Source: Oligoflexia bacterium
GTDB taxonomy: Bacteria > Bdellovibrionota > UBA1018
Length of the DNA: 64,000 nucleotides
Assembly (NCBI GenBank): GCA_963758495.1
Contig: CAVWVI010000004.1
Location: 256,001-320,000, forward strand
Reading direction: 5' to 3'
The position numbers were made by a program, and so were the translations under genes. Of this stretch, positions 9,014-19,996 are shown one piece after another. The notes beneath the pieces were generated by a model. It searched no databases and was not told the origin of the DNA. It saw only the letters and a program-made list of their open reading frames with translations. How positions within the stretch are numbered: position 1 is the stretch's first letter; the number at the start of each line of letters is the position of its first letter.

Positions 9014-10534
9014 TTATTTCCCTGTGTGCTTGGCACCTTGGCACTTAGGAAGTCGAATTATAAATCGAGTATAATTTGATTTTTGATCAAGCATGAGGGT
9101 ACCACCATGCGACTTAATGATACCGCTAGAGATACTGAGTCCAAGCCCAGTTCCTTTTCCCACTTCTTTAGTTGTAAAAAAGGGTTCCATAATTTTCGAA
9201 GCTATTTCTTCAGGAATTCCATTTCCTGAGTCCGTGACAACTATTTCAATCGTGTCACAATGATTGATAACGCCTATTTCAATGAATGCTCCACTCAGCT
9301 CACATACAGCATCATAAGCGTTATTTAACAAATTCAAAAGCACTTGAGAGATCTGGAGAGGTCGACACTCGACAGTTAGCTCGGCATCAAGCTGAGGAAG
9401 TCTAACCTCAACTTGACGATTCTCAAATCGGGCTAAGCAAAAGCCCAATGTTTCATCGAGTAACTGTTTAACCGAGATGGGGACAAATGGATCATTATCC
9501 CCATCTCGAGCAAAGGCTAGGAGTCCAACAATAATTTTTGCAATTCGATCAATCGTAAAAGAAATGTCTTTAGCAATTTGAGTTAGTTCCGGAATATCCA
9601 GCATATTTCGTTCGGCCAATGTACGGATGATGTCCGCTTTACCTTTTATGATGGCTAAAGGGTTATTTATTTCATGAGCCATACCGCCAGCCATTTCACC
9701 CAATGTTGTCATTTTAGCCGAATGCACAATCTTTAATTTTTGCTCTTCAATTAGCTTTTCATTTTGCTTCTTAAGCGTAATATCTTCAGATATACCAAGC
9801 AAAAATCGTGGCTCACCATTAGCATCTAAAATCGGCACTTTTCGGGTATGTAGAATCATCTCCCCTTTATACTTCGTTAAAATTACCTCTTCAGGAATAT
9901 CTACAAGATATCCTCCTTCTAATACTTCCACGTCCTTTTCCCTAAAAAACTTTGCCTGCTCTTTTGGAAAAAAATCTTCATCAGATTTTCCTAAAACCTC
10001 ATCTTGCGAAAATCCCCAGAGATCGGTAGCCGCTTTATTCCAGAGACTAATACGAAAGTCATTTTTGAAATCCTTACAAAACAAAGCTATTGGGATGTTA
10101 TCCAATACCGTTTGTAGAAATTTTTTACTTTCTTTAAATTCTTGTTCGGCAGTTTTTCTCTGAGTGATATCCTGTTGAACAGATATAGCGTGGCGTTTTC
10201 CTGAGAGGATTAAACTATGGATTCTGGAAGATACAGTAAAAACAGATCCATCTTTCTTAAGGCATTCATATTCACCCTCCCAATATCTCCCCTCATTCAT
10301 TTTATTTGTAATTTCTTCCAATAATAACCGCCTCTTATCGGATCCTGCTGCGTATAAGTTTTGACTTAATTGACCCAATAACTCTCCTTGACTGAAGCCA
10401 TGCATTGCCTCTTTAGCAGGATTAACATATACATACTTCCATTCCTCATCCATGAGCGCGACCCCTTCGGCCATAGATTCTAGAACAAACTTTGGCATCT
10501 TTAGAGCTTCTTCAATTTTTTTATGTTCAAGCAT
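9014..10534 (-). CDS. Cytoplasmic PAS-PAS sensor histidine kinase (NtrB-like)
   Basis: Two PAS/PAC domains; H-box AHEINNPL; N-box [31 protein letters not shown]. Confidence 0.9.
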   Translation of the reverse strand: MLEHKKIEEALKMPKFVLESMAEGVALMDEEWKYVYVNPAKEAMHGFSQGELLGQLSQNLYAAGSDKRRLLLEEITNKMNEGRYWEGEYECLKKDGSVFTVSSRIHSLILSGKRHAISVQQDITQRKTAEQEFKESKKFLQTVLDNIPIALFCKDFKNDFRISLWNKAATDLWGFSQDEVLGKSDEDFFPKEQAKFFREKDVEVLEGGYLVDIPEEVILTKYKGEMILHTRKVPILDANGEPRFLLGISEDITLKKQNEKLIEEQKLKIVHSAKMTTLGEMAGGMAHEINNPLAIIKGKADIIRTLAERNMLDIPELTQIAKDISFTIDRIAKIIVGLLAFARDGDNDPFVPISVKQLLDETLGFCLARFENRQVEVRLPQLDAELTVECRPLQISQVLLNLLNNAYDAVCELSGAFIEIGVINHCDTIEIVVTDSGNGIPEEIASKIMEPFFTTKEVGKGTGLGLSISSGIIKSHGGTLMLDQKSNYTRFIIRLPKCQGAKHTGK

Positions 10535-10622
10535 ATCATCAAAAAGTGTACTTCAACCCCAGCTCTTATCAAACATCCTTATCGGGAAAAAATAAGTTAA
10601 CTCAAGTAAAAAGGGGGCGAAC

Positions 10623-11294
10623 CTATTTGACTTTTTTAATGACAAAAATATGATTATCTCCTCCTTGCACTCCGCGAACAAAGAGGGATAATAGCCTAGA
10701 CATCACTCTTACAAAGATTGAACTTGACCTCGCCTCGACTACATTAAAGGAATGAGCTATTTTATAAAACCCCGCGTCTGCCAACATCATATCTAGGAAC
10801 CGTGTATGAATTGGAGTGATATGAGTCAAGTCATTATATCTGGAATCAGGTCCAAACATTCGAAATTGGCCACTCCACAAAAAACGAAGTCGTCCCGCAA
10901 TACACTCTATATTGGGAGTGGTCATAAGAACAACTCCATCGTCTCTTAAAAGTCTACTAATTTGGCGAAAAAAATGTCTCGGATTCTCTAAATGTTCAAT
11001 CACTTCAAGGGCTGTAATAATCGAAAATTTTTCAGTAAGGCGCTCAGAAAAGTCTTTATTAAGGTCAGCAACTATAAACTCAATTTTTTCAGAATGACAA
11101 AATTCTTCACTAAGGTCGACTGCCACTACTTGAAAACCATGATCAAGCAGGCGATGTGCCCATGCCCCAGACCCGGCACCCAAATCAAGCACTCGCGTAC
11201 CCTTTTTGGCATATTTAAGCAGTTCAGAAAATACTGCATCATGAAGATCTGGGAGGGCTTTCTCTGCAAGCCCATTGCAATATCTATTTTCCAA
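10623..11294 (-). CDS. Class I SAM-dependent methyltransferase
   Basis: VLDLGAGSG; EVIEHLENP; MTTPN. Confidence 0.85.
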   Translation of the reverse strand: MENRYCNGLAEKALPDLHDAVFSELLKYAKKGTRVLDLGAGSGAWAHRLLDHGFQVVAVDLSEEFCHSEKIEFIVADLNKDFSERLTEKFSIITALEVIEHLENPRHFFRQISRLLRDDGVVLMTTPNIECIAGRLRFLWSGQFRMFGPDSRYNDLTHITPIHTRFLDMMLADAGFYKIAHSFNVVEARSSSIFVRVMSRLLSLFVRGVQGGDNHIFVIKKVK

Positions 11295-11357
11295 TTTATA
11301 CCCACCTTATTTATTAAAATAATCCCATAAACAATAAAAGTATAGCATACTCTCATT

Positions 11358-12167
11358 ATGGAAACAAAAGGACCACTCTTTGAAAAGATCATAAAAGGAA
11401 ATTTTTTCTCTAAACAATTACATTGCGGAATGTCTCTTATTGCTTGGAGTCACAGCACACGCTTCAAGCTTGCGCGCCTCCTTTTACTCCCTTTTTCAGG
11501 AAATCGCCTTTTGGATTATGGGTGTGGGGATGGGACTTTTTTAGCGCTCAATCAAGATCTTTACAAAACATCGATCGGTGTAGATATTAGTGCGGATCAA
11601 ATTAAAAACAACAGTGAGCGCTTTGCATCTCTCAATCCACAAATCCGCTTTCTCACCGTGGATGGTCTCGCCGAAGAAATTTCTCGCTCTGGGCTCTTTA
11701 ATCTGGTGACCTGTATGGAAACCTTAGAACATTGTCCAATGGACGTATGCCAAAACATCTTGTCGCTTCTTCGGTCTTCTTTAAAGCCGGACGGCACTGC
11801 CTTTATTACAGTACCGATCGAAATCGGACCTTCTTTGATCATCAAACAGATTTTTCGCCACATTGCCGGTTGGCGTAATTTAGGTGATTATAAATATATG
11901 GAAACCTATTCTTTTTTGGAGTTTTGGAAAATGGTCTTTGCCACCGAAGAAACTCAAATCACTCGCCCCCAATATACTTTTACCCATCCCACGACGGGGG
12001 TCACCTGGCTCTGGCATGGTCATAAAGGATTTAATTGGCGAATTCTGAAAAAGTGGATTCAACGTGAGTTTAAAATCGAACGTATCGTCTTTTCCCCCAT
12101 TCCTTTCACAAAGAGTGGGTTAAATAGCCAAGTCTTTTTTATATGTAAACCCATTCCAAAGAAATAG
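11358..12167 (+). CDS. Class I SAM-dependent methyltransferase
   Basis: LLDYGCGDG; GVDIS; CMETLEH; LKPDG..FITVP. Confidence 0.85.
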   Translation: METKGPLFEKIIKGNFFSKQLHCGMSLIAWSHSTRFKLARLLLLPFSGNRLLDYGCGDGTFLALNQDLYKTSIGVDISADQIKNNSERFASLNPQIRFLTVDGLAEEISRSGLFNLVTCMETLEHCPMDVCQNILSLLRSSLKPDGTAFITVPIEIGPSLIIKQIFRHIAGWRNLGDYKYMETYSFLEFWKMVFATEETQITRPQYTFTHPTTGVTWLWHGHKGFNWRILKKWIQREFKIERIVFSPIPFTKSGLNSQVFFICKPIPKK

Positions 12168-12179
12168 TGTATGAATGAG

Positions 12180-12944
12180 TTACCCCGATACGGTATTCTT
12201 AAAAACCGTCTCTATTTTTGTAACGAAGAATTTTCCATCTCGAAGTTGCCACTTCACATCAAAATCTAAAATACGAATTCCAAAATGAGCTCCCTCGTTT
12301 TCTGGATCTGCTACAGAAATTTTTCTCTTTTGAGAAGCAGGGCGAGGATCTAACTCAAGCATTTGAGTAATTAACTTCTTCAAATTAGGATAGTTCTCTT
12401 GATTGATTGTTTCCAAAGTAAGAAGGGCTACTTCAGAAAATTCAACCGGCGTTCGTAATATAGGTTCGTCTGCCCATCCTGATATGGAATTCGAAATAGA
12501 ATCAGCATAATAAAGATACGGTTTGATATCGAGAACTGGACTACCGTCTAAGATATCTACCCCTTTCAAGTAGAGCTCAACTCCGCCAGGCGCATCAAAA
12601 TCAATCTGTTCTAACTTTACAACCGATAATCCGATTGGATTAGGACGATGAGGAGATCGTGAAGCCAAAACCCCCACCTTCCGCGCCCCACCTAGACGAG
12701 GCGGACGAATTGAGGGTTTCCAATTCTTGGTATTCTGCTCATGAAAAACGAGCTGATGAAAAACGAAGATCACCCAAATATGACTGAAACCTTCTAATTC
12801 ATAGACAGCACTCTTCAACGACGGGTCATCATTCAGCTTAAGGATGCCACTGGCCTCAGCTACCAAGCCAGATTGGCGAGGAATCCCGAATTTTTCCTTA
12901 AAACAGGTACTCAAGCTCCCAATGGACTGAAAATGGAAGTCCAT
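12180..12944 (-). CDS. trmO: tRNA m6t6A37 methyltransferase TrmO (TsaA)
   Basis: KFGIPRQSGL; RPPRLGG; RSPHRPNPIGLS; DGSPVLDIKPY; DPRP. Confidence 0.92.
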   Translation of the reverse strand: MDFHFQSIGSLSTCFKEKFGIPRQSGLVAEASGILKLNDDPSLKSAVYELEGFSHIWVIFVFHQLVFHEQNTKNWKPSIRPPRLGGARKVGVLASRSPHRPNPIGLSVVKLEQIDFDAPGGVELYLKGVDILDGSPVLDIKPYLYYADSISNSISGWADEPILRTPVEFSEVALLTLETINQENYPNLKKLITQMLELDPRPASQKRKISVADPENEGAHFGIRILDFDVKWQLRDGKFFVTKIETVFKNTVSG

Positions 12945-12946
12945 CG

Positions 12947-15900
12947 CTATTTCCGGGCTAAAGCAGTTGCACCAATTTTTAAAATTTCACCGTCTATATC
13001 CACTTCTTCTGTATGACTTCCCTGCGGTGAATCGCTCAGAGAAAAGTGAGTCGCGAGAGTTTCTCGTTGAATCATTTCCCGAAAAGCCTCCACTGCTTGA
13101 CGTAAAGCCCCTGAACAGTGAAGCTCCAACTGAATCCGGTCGTCCAATATAAAGTCTGCTGTCTTACGAGCAGCTTGAATTTTTCGAATCACTTCCCGAG
13201 CCAAGCCTTCACGGATTTGCTCTTCCGAAACGGTTGGATCCATTTCCACAGATACAAGCTGATGAGTCGAAAGATTTGGATTTACACCCTTGGCAGCACG
13301 CCGAATCTCCATATCAGAGAGAGTGACGGCTTCACCCTCAATTTGAATAGACTCCCCTGTTTCCAATTTCAAAATTTCCTTCAAACTCAATTTTTGAATC
13401 CCTGCAGCTACAGCCTTCATCTTTGAACCCAATCGTGGACCGAGAGCTGGAAAGTTTGCCTTGGCAGAAATTTGAATGAAGTCATCCTCATGAGCACTAT
13501 AGCTGATACTTTGAATATTCAATTCATCTTTAAAGTAAGGTTCAAAAGTCTTAAGATTCTTAAGCACTGTTTCATTTCGATGAATAATTTTCATCGAACG
13601 AAGTGGGATCTTCGCTTTTACCCCTATCTTTTCTCGATAGTTCCTTCCAATCAAAACCAATGCTTCCATGACCCGGACTGCCTCTTCCAGCTCTGGGCGA
13701 ATCAAAGTCAAGTTAGCCTCAGGATACATCTCCAAATGAACACTTTCTTTTTTATGAGGACTGACTTGAACGAGGTTTTGATAGGTAGATTCTGCCAAAA
13801 AAGGAGCAAATGGAGCCATGATTCGACTCAAAGTCAATAAAACTTCATACAAAGTTTCATAAGCAGCATGCTTGTCTTCCGGCATCCCTTCTTGCCAAAA
13901 ATGGCGTCGATTGAAACGGATATAAGTATTTGTCAGATCTTCAATGAATTGAAGGAGTGCAGGCACAACGTTATAAAGACGATACGCTGACATTTCCTTC
14001 TGAGTATTTTCAATCAAAGCATGAAGTCGCGACAAAATCCATTGATCTAATCGATTCGGCGATGAGCTGACTTTGCCACGAGGAGAAAAATGATCGATAT
14101 TGGCATAGTTAATAAAAAATGAATAAGAATTCCACCATCTCAATAGAATCTTCCTGACCACATCCTTAACGCCTGCCTCGGCAAACTTGAGTTCTTGGGC
14201 TTTAACCACCGGAGAATCAATTAAATATAAACGGAGGGCATCTGCTCCGTGCTTTTCTAAAACTTCCATAGGGTCAGGATAGTTTTTTAAACTTTTACTC
14301 ATCTTCTTGCCATCTTCAGCAAGGATCAGTCCGTTGACCACCACATGCTTGAATGGTGCTTTGTCAAAAAGAGCAGTGCCTATGACCATCAAAGTATAAA
14401 ACCAGCCGCGAGTCTGATCAAGACCTTCAGCAATAAAGTCAGCTGGAAATCCTCGTTTAAACTCTTCTTGCCCATGATAAGGAAAGCCCCATTGTGCGTA
14501 AGGCATGGAACCACTCTCAAACCAACAATCTAAGACACCCGTGACTCGCTTTAAAGGGCTTTTCCCGGTAGGAGAAGGAATGAGGATTCGATCGATATGA
14601 TCCATATGAAGATCATTGACCTTTTCACCCGATAAACGCTCAAGCTCCTCTCGTGAGCCAATGCAAATGATTTCGCCTTCTGGATTGCGCCAGATCGGAA
14701 GAGGAGTTCCCCAAAATCGATTTCGCGAAATTGCCCAATCACGTGAATTTTCAAGCCATTTACCAAAACGGCCATCCCGTAAATGATCGGGTACCCACTC
14801 AGTAGATTGATTATTTTTAATCAAGCGTTCTTTAATTTTTTCCACCGCAACAAACCAACTTGAAACTGCACGATAGATCAGGGGAGTATCGGAACGATAA
14901 CAATAGGGATAACTGTGTTCAATCGTATCCTGGCGAAAAAGTTTCCCTGCTTTTTTTAAATCTGAAATAATATCTTTATCTGCATCCTTCACCCGCCGTC
15001 CTTGATAATCACGAACTTCCGCAGTGAACATTCCATCGTCATCCACGGGATTAACAATAGGCATTTTCTCCTGAGCGCAGACGAAATAATCCTCTTCACC
15101 AAAAGCTGGCGCCAGATGTACGATTCCCGTGCCACTTTCAATAGTTACATGATTCGAGTGAATAACACGAAATGCACCTAGGTCTCTTTTATCTATAAAG
15201 TAATCAAAGAGGGGTTCATATTTCAAACCCACTAACTCTTGCCCCTTAAGTGTGGTGATGAACTCCACATCGGTATCCGGATTTTTAAACGTATTCTTTA
15301 ATAATGCTTGAGCAAGGATATAAAAATGCCCTGATGCATGCTCTCGCACCTTAACATAATCAATGTCTTTTCCCACAGCTAACCCTAAATTACTCGGAAG
15401 GGTCCACGGCGTAGTCGTCCAAGCCAAAATAAAAGTCTGAACCTGTCCTAAAACAGAAAAAGCAACGGTGATCGCTGGATCTTGTACTTGTTTATAATTG
15501 AGGTTTGCTTCGAAATTTGAAAGAGGGGTAGAAATGCCCGTCGAATAAGGAACTACTTTATATCCTTCATAGATCAGTCCCTTCTTCCACAGCTCTTGAA
15601 AAACCCACCACACGCTCTGCATGAAATTGACATCCATAGTGAAATAGGAGTTTTCCATGTCAACCCAGCGCCCCACGCGCCTAACGGTCCTTTTCCACTC
15701 TTCGGAATAGCGCTTTACAATTGCTCTACAGGCAGCATTGTACTTATCGACTCCCATCTCGATAATTTGCTTACTGCTTTCTATTTTGTAAGATTTGTTA
15801 ATTTCGTATTCAACAGGCACTCCATGACAATCCCATCCAAATCTACGAGGAACAGAGTACCCCTTCATTGTCCAATATCGCGGTATAATATCTTTAAGCA

Positions 15901-16108
15901 CCCCAGCCATAATGTGACCATAATGCGGCAGCCCCGTGGCAAAGGGTGGGCCGTCATAAAAACTGTAAAACTTTGAAGTCTCTTCATTCTTTTGCTGAAG
16001 AGACTTCTCAAAGATCTTATTTGAGTCCCAGTATTGAAGAATTTCTTCTTCTTGCTTAGGAAGTTGAACATCTGACCTGACTGCTGTGAAAGGAGCTTTT
16101 TTCGTCAT
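12947..16108 (-). CDS. ileS: Isoleucyl-tRNA synthetase, type 2
   Basis: DGPPFATGLPHYGH; GWDCHG; WTTTPWTLPSN; EGLDQTRGWF; KMSKSLKNY; type-2 C-terminus (EGLAREVIRKIQ..RK) without the type-1 Zn finger. Confidence 0.97.
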   Translation of the reverse strand: MTKKAPFTAVRSDVQLPKQEEEILQYWDSNKIFEKSLQQKNEETSKFYSFYDGPPFATGLPHYGHIMAGVLKDIIPRYWTMKGYSVPRRFGWDCHGVPVEYEINKSYKIESSKQIIEMGVDKYNAACRAIVKRYSEEWKRTVRRVGRWVDMENSYFTMDVNFMQSVWWVFQELWKKGLIYEGYKVVPYSTGISTPLSNFEANLNYKQVQDPAITVAFSVLGQVQTFILAWTTTPWTLPSNLGLAVGKDIDYVKVREHASGHFYILAQALLKNTFKNPDTDVEFITTLKGQELVGLKYEPLFDYFIDKRDLGAFRVIHSNHVTIESGTGIVHLAPAFGEEDYFVCAQEKMPIVNPVDDDGMFTAEVRDYQGRRVKDADKDIISDLKKAGKLFRQDTIEHSYPYCYRSDTPLIYRAVSSWFVAVEKIKERLIKNNQSTEWVPDHLRDGRFGKWLENSRDWAISRNRFWGTPLPIWRNPEGEIICIGSREELERLSGEKVNDLHMDHIDRILIPSPTGKSPLKRVTGVLDCWFESGSMPYAQWGFPYHGQEEFKRGFPADFIAEGLDQTRGWFYTLMVIGTALFDKAPFKHVVVNGLILAEDGKKMSKSLKNYPDPMEVLEKHGADALRLYLIDSPVVKAQELKFAEAGVKDVVRKILLRWWNSYSFFINYANIDHFSPRGKVSSSPNRLDQWILSRLHALIENTQKEMSAYRLYNVVPALLQFIEDLTNTYIRFNRRHFWQEGMPEDKHAAYETLYEVLLTLSRIMAPFAPFLAESTYQNLVQVSPHKKESVHLEMYPEANLTLIRPELEEAVRVMEALVLIGRNYREKIGVKAKIPLRSMKIIHRNETVLKNLKTFEPYFKDELNIQSISYSAHEDDFIQISAKANFPALGPRLGSKMKAVAAGIQKLSLKEILKLETGESIQIEGEAVTLSDMEIRRAAKGVNPNLSTHQLVSVEMDPTVSEEQIREGLAREVIRKIQAARKTADFILDDRIQLELHCSGALRQAVEAFREMIQRETLATHFSLSDSPQGSHTEEVDIDGEILKIGATALARK

Positions 16109-16336
16109 AACTAGCTTAAGACTCTAACAAATTCCAAGCATGGCGCATAGTGTCTAATATCAAAAACCTCATTATCCTCCAAATTGCAACTTCTTCCCTT
16201 TTCTTATGATGCAGGATGCACCTTCCCTAGTCAGTCATACTCCCTACTTTCCCAAAAGAAGCTCACGTCTACTCATTTTTTGATATCCCCTTAGGCACAT
16301 AAATTGCTTTGGCCGCTCCACAGGGAGAAGTATTGC

Positions 16337-16738
16337 GTGGCTCAATCGCTCAAACATGTCCTATGGGTCGAAGATGATGATAATTTACGAGATCTCATCT
16401 CAGATATTTTAAAAATAGAAGGCTATCATGTAACCGCCACTAAAAATGGCATTGAGGCATTACTCTATCTCAAACAAATGACACATCCCGACCTCATACT
16501 GCTCGATATCATCATGCCTCTCATGGATGGAAATGAACTTCTTTCTTATTTAAAGAACTATCCCTATCTTCAAAATATTCCTGTTATTATTCTCTCTGCA
16601 TTAGATCGAAAGATGTATCAATTTAATTCAGAATATGAATTTCTAGAAAAACCCATTGAACTCGACTTACTCTTAGCAAGAATTGCAAACCATTTCATCT
16701 CCAATTCAACCCCCTCAACAATTATGTGCAGTTTATGA
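16337..16738 (+). CDS. Single-domain response regulator
   Basis: VEDD, DLILLDIIMP.MDG, SA and KP motifs. GTG start at 16337 chosen for the upstream GGAGA RBS. Confidence 0.85.
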   Translation: MAQSLKHVLWVEDDDNLRDLISDILKIEGYHVTATKNGIEALLYLKQMTHPDLILLDIIMPLMDGNELLSYLKNYPYLQNIPVIILSALDRKMYQFNSEYEFLEKPIELDLLLARIANHFISNSTPSTIMCSL

Positions 16739-17889
16739 CCGTATCCTCAGCTTTTCATACTAATGTAGAATTTTTGTTACATGAGACCCAAAAACTCCAT
16801 CAAATACTCGAAATTCAGACCATCATGAGAGCCTTGGTTCGTACGGCCATTCGGGTCACCTGTGCATCCTCAGGAACCTGGGGAAAAGTCAATGATGACA
16901 AGGTATCTTTTTCTGAATTGATCTCAACCCAAGAAGTAACCCCTATTCATTGGAACGACAGATTGAACCACCTCCAAAATATCTCCGGACTACTCCATGC
17001 TGTAAATATTCCTGTGGTCATGAGAGATCAATCCCTATTCGCATATTTTGAAATATACACAAATGAAAATCAGTTTAACTTTCACTCGGCCGACTTATTG
17101 ATACTCAACAGAATGGCATCCCATGCCTCGACTGCAATCGAAAATACACAATTACTTACCCAACTAAAAAGTACTGAAAATAGCGTGAAAGAAGCCGTTC
17201 TCATTCGAGATGAATTCTTGTCTATTACCGCTCATGAATTTAGGACCCCACTGACTACGATTACATTAGGAGTGCAAAGCCTCAAGCGAATCGCAAATGG
17301 CGATCAACTCTTCAAAGCCTCTGCTGAAAAACTTGAGTACTTAATTAATATTATTGGCGATCAAAACCAAAGACTTAATAATTTAGTCAATAATTTACTA
17401 GATATTTCTCAAATGAGCACCGGAAAATTTATAATTCATCCTAAAAAATTAAACCTTTCTCCATTGATTGAGAAGGTTATTTCGGAACTTTCTGAGTCCT
17501 TAACTTTGGCGGGCTGTCACGTGGAATCCAATTTAGATTCTGAGATCAACTGCAACTGTGATCCTTTTCGGATTGAACAAGTCATGATTAATCTACTCTC
17601 AAATGCCATCAAATATGCTCCTGGAAGTCCCATTGTAATCACGACAAAAAAAAATAAAGACTGGATTCAACTCAATGTGCAAGATTCTGGAATGGGCATT
17701 GATCAGGAGAATCAAAAAAAAATATTCACCCGCTTTGAAAGAGGCATGTCAAGCCGAAGTACAGAAAGTGGTGTAGGGCTGGGGCTTTATATTGTTCGCC
17801 AAATTGTAGAAGCTCATGGAGGCACCATCGACGTCCAAAGTGAGCTAGGAAAAGGATCTCTTTTCACCGTCAATCTCCCGCCTCAATAG
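16726..17889 (+). CDS. Sensor histidine kinase with degenerate GAF-like N-terminus
   Basis: AHEFRTPL; NLLSNAIKY; DSGMGI; GVGLGL; overlaps the response regulator gene. Confidence 0.88.
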   Translation: MQFMTVSSAFHTNVEFLLHETQKLHQILEIQTIMRALVRTAIRVTCASSGTWGKVNDDKVSFSELISTQEVTPIHWNDRLNHLQNISGLLHAVNIPVVMRDQSLFAYFEIYTNENQFNFHSADLLILNRMASHASTAIENTQLLTQLKSTENSVKEAVLIRDEFLSITAHEFRTPLTTITLGVQSLKRIANGDQLFKASAEKLEYLINIIGDQNQRLNNLVNNLLDISQMSTGKFIIHPKKLNLSPLIEKVISELSESLTLAGCHVESNLDSEINCNCDPFRIEQVMINLLSNAIKYAPGSPIVITTKKNKDWIQLNVQDSGMGIDQENQKKIFTRFERGMSSRSTESGVGLGLYIVRQIVEAHGGTIDVQSELGKGSLFTVNLPPQ

Positions 17890-17898
17890 TCCCACAAA

Positions 17899-18708
17899 TT
17901 AGGGTTCAGACCGCCCCTTTAATCCGCTCCGACGCACCCAGAAAGAAATGAATGCCGGACAATACCTCTGAATCAGTGCTGCTACCTTACCGTGCAAAGT
18001 AATAATTTGTTCAGCTCGTTTCGCTCGAACTGCCGAGACAATCTTTTGAGCGGCTTTCCGCGTTGGCATCTCTAACCACGAAGCCGGACCTTTCCCTGCT
18101 GTTGTATGGTACTTTCCTTGATTATCGACATGCCTGATTTCACTCTCGACAAATCCTGGCGCAATCAAAACTACTGAAACACCCAAGGGCCTGAGTTCCT
18201 GAGTGACAGAATGAGCGAGGGCATGAATCGCAAACTTACTCATGCTATAGGGAGAGTTTCCAGGTAACGAAATATAGCCCGCCACACTTCCTAAAAGAAC
18301 AAGGGTCCCATGAGTCTTTTTGAGCTCATCTAAAGTTGCGTAGAGGGTGCGCAATACTCCAAACACATTCGTTTCAAATTGACGTCGATAGTCTTCGAGT
18401 TTGAGTTTTTCCACATCTCCCACCACACCAAAACCCGCATTGGCAACGACTACGTCAATTCTACCCAGTTCTTGAATAGCGGTTTGTACCGCTCTTTCAA
18501 GATCTCCATCTCGGGTCACATCGCATTCTACGGGTATTGCCTTTTGACCTTTTTGAGTCAGCTCGCAAGCCAAAGCCTTTAATCGGTCTACTCGACGGGC
18601 CGTCAAGACCAAACTCGCACCCTTTTGGGAGAACTCCCGAGCTAATGCGAGGCCAATTCCAGCAGATGCACCTGTTATAAAAACAACTTTATTTTCAAAA
18701 GGCTTCAT
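17899..18708 (-). CDS. Short-chain dehydrogenase/reductase
   Basis: TGASAGIG; VANAG; YSMSK; PGFV; start overlaps the end of bioA. Confidence 0.9.
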   Translation of the reverse strand: MKPFENKVVFITGASAGIGLALAREFSQKGASLVLTARRVDRLKALACELTQKGQKAIPVECDVTRDGDLERAVQTAIQELGRIDVVVANAGFGVVGDVEKLKLEDYRRQFETNVFGVLRTLYATLDELKKTHGTLVLLGSVAGYISLPGNSPYSMSKFAIHALAHSVTQELRPLGVSVVLIAPGFVESEIRHVDNQGKYHTTAGKGPASWLEMPTRKAAQKIVSAVRAKRAEQIITLHGKVAALIQRYCPAFISFWVRRSGLKGRSEP

Positions 18709-19996
18709 CGATGACCCCCAACAATTCTCGGATCGTGTTATAAATGTAATCTAGCTCCTGCTCCATAATACAGTAAGGAGGTAAAGCATAAAGCACATTC
18801 CCTAAAGGTCGAAGTAAAACATTTTTCTCCAAAGCTAAATTCAAAAAACTACGTGGTTTGGAGGAAAAATAATTTAGGTCTTCATTGATTTCGACAGCAC
18901 CGATTGTACCTAAGCATCGTGCTGCTTTGATTCGGGGGTGGGACTTCAATTGATCTATGTGTTTTCGCGTGATCCTTTCAATCATTGAAATTTGCTCTCG
19001 ACATTCCACACTTTGCAGTAACCTCCAAGACTCCACCCCCGCTGCGCAAGCAATGGGATTGGCAGTATAGGAATGGCCATGAAGAAAAGCAGTTCGAATT
19101 TCCTTCGATAGGAACGCATTGTAAATACGATCGTGGGCTAATGTGACCGCCAACGGTAAAAAACCCCCAGTAATTCCCTTTGAAAGACACAGTAAATCCG
19201 GCTTGATATCCGTATGCTCAAATGCAAAACACTTTCCCGTTCTATAAAATCCGGTAAAAACCTCATCGCAAATCGCAACTACGCCTTGAGACTGACAGAG
19301 CTTGACTGCTTCTTGCAAATAATGTGCATCATACATTCTCATTCCTGCCGCACCTTGAACTAAAGGTTCAAAAATAAAGGCGGCATAAGAATCTGAATTC
19401 TGATTTAATATTTGTTGAAGTTGCTTGAAATCGCCCGGATTTACAAAATCCACTTGAGGCATCAGTCTTCTGAATTGAGTATGAAACCCTGAGGGCTCTC
19501 CCACAGCCATCGCACCCAAGGTGTCACCATGATAAGAATGGGATAATGCGAGAAACCGTTCTCGCGGTTTCCGACCTAAATTTAAATGATACTGGTAAGC
19601 CATCTTAAGAGCAACTTCGACCGCTGTAGACCCATTATCAGAATAAAAGACCCTACTGAGTCCGGCATTGCGAATAGGACCATATTGAGTCAAAAACTCT
19701 GCAAGTCGCACTGCTGGGTCATGAGTAAACCCAGCAAAAATCACGTGCTCTAATTGCGCGGCTTGGGCGGCAATAGCACTCACTATTTTGGGATGAGCGT
19801 GACCATGAAGGTTGACCCACCAAGACGAAATGCCATCCAAAATCTCTCGACCATCCGCTAATTTTAAATACGCCCCTCGAGCTGAAACCACAGGTAAAAC
19901 TGCTTGATTCAGACCGTGTTGAGAATAAGGATGCCAAATCACTTGTCGATCGCGTTCAGCCAAACTTAATGTTTCCATCGCTTTATTTGTCGCCAT
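18695..19996 (-). CDS. bioA: Adenosylmethionine-8-amino-7-oxononanoate transaminase
   Basis: IWHPYSQ; DGISSWWVNLHGH; SDNGSTAVEVALK; DEVFTGF; LSKGITGG; HGHSYTANP. Confidence 0.96.
   Translation of the reverse strand: MATNKAMETLSLAERDRQVIWHPYSQHGLNQAVLPVVSARGAYLKLADGREILDGISSWWVNLHGHAHPKIVSAIAAQAAQLEHVIFAGFTHDPAVRLAEFLTQYGPIRNAGLSRVFYSDNGSTAVEVALKMAYQYHLNLGRKPRERFLALSHSYHGDTLGAMAVGEPSGFHTQFRRLMPQVDFVNPGDFKQLQQILNQNSDSYAAFIFEPLVQGAAGMRMYDAHYLQEAVKLCQSQGVVAICDEVFTGFYRTGKCFAFEHTDIKPDLLCLSKGITGGFLPLAVTLAHDRIYNAFLSKEIRTAFLHGHSYTANPIACAAGVESWRLLQSVECREQISMIERITRKHIDQLKSHPRIKAARCLGTIGAVEINEDLNYFSSKPRSFLNLALEKNVLLRPLGNVLYALPPYCIMEQELDYIYNTIRELLGVIDEAF

Noticed and set aside
12947..16108. Type-2 ileS as an acquired mupirocin-resistance gene
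   Set aside because: Type-2 IleRS is the housekeeping form in many lineages; here it is coupled to trmO with no mobility signs.
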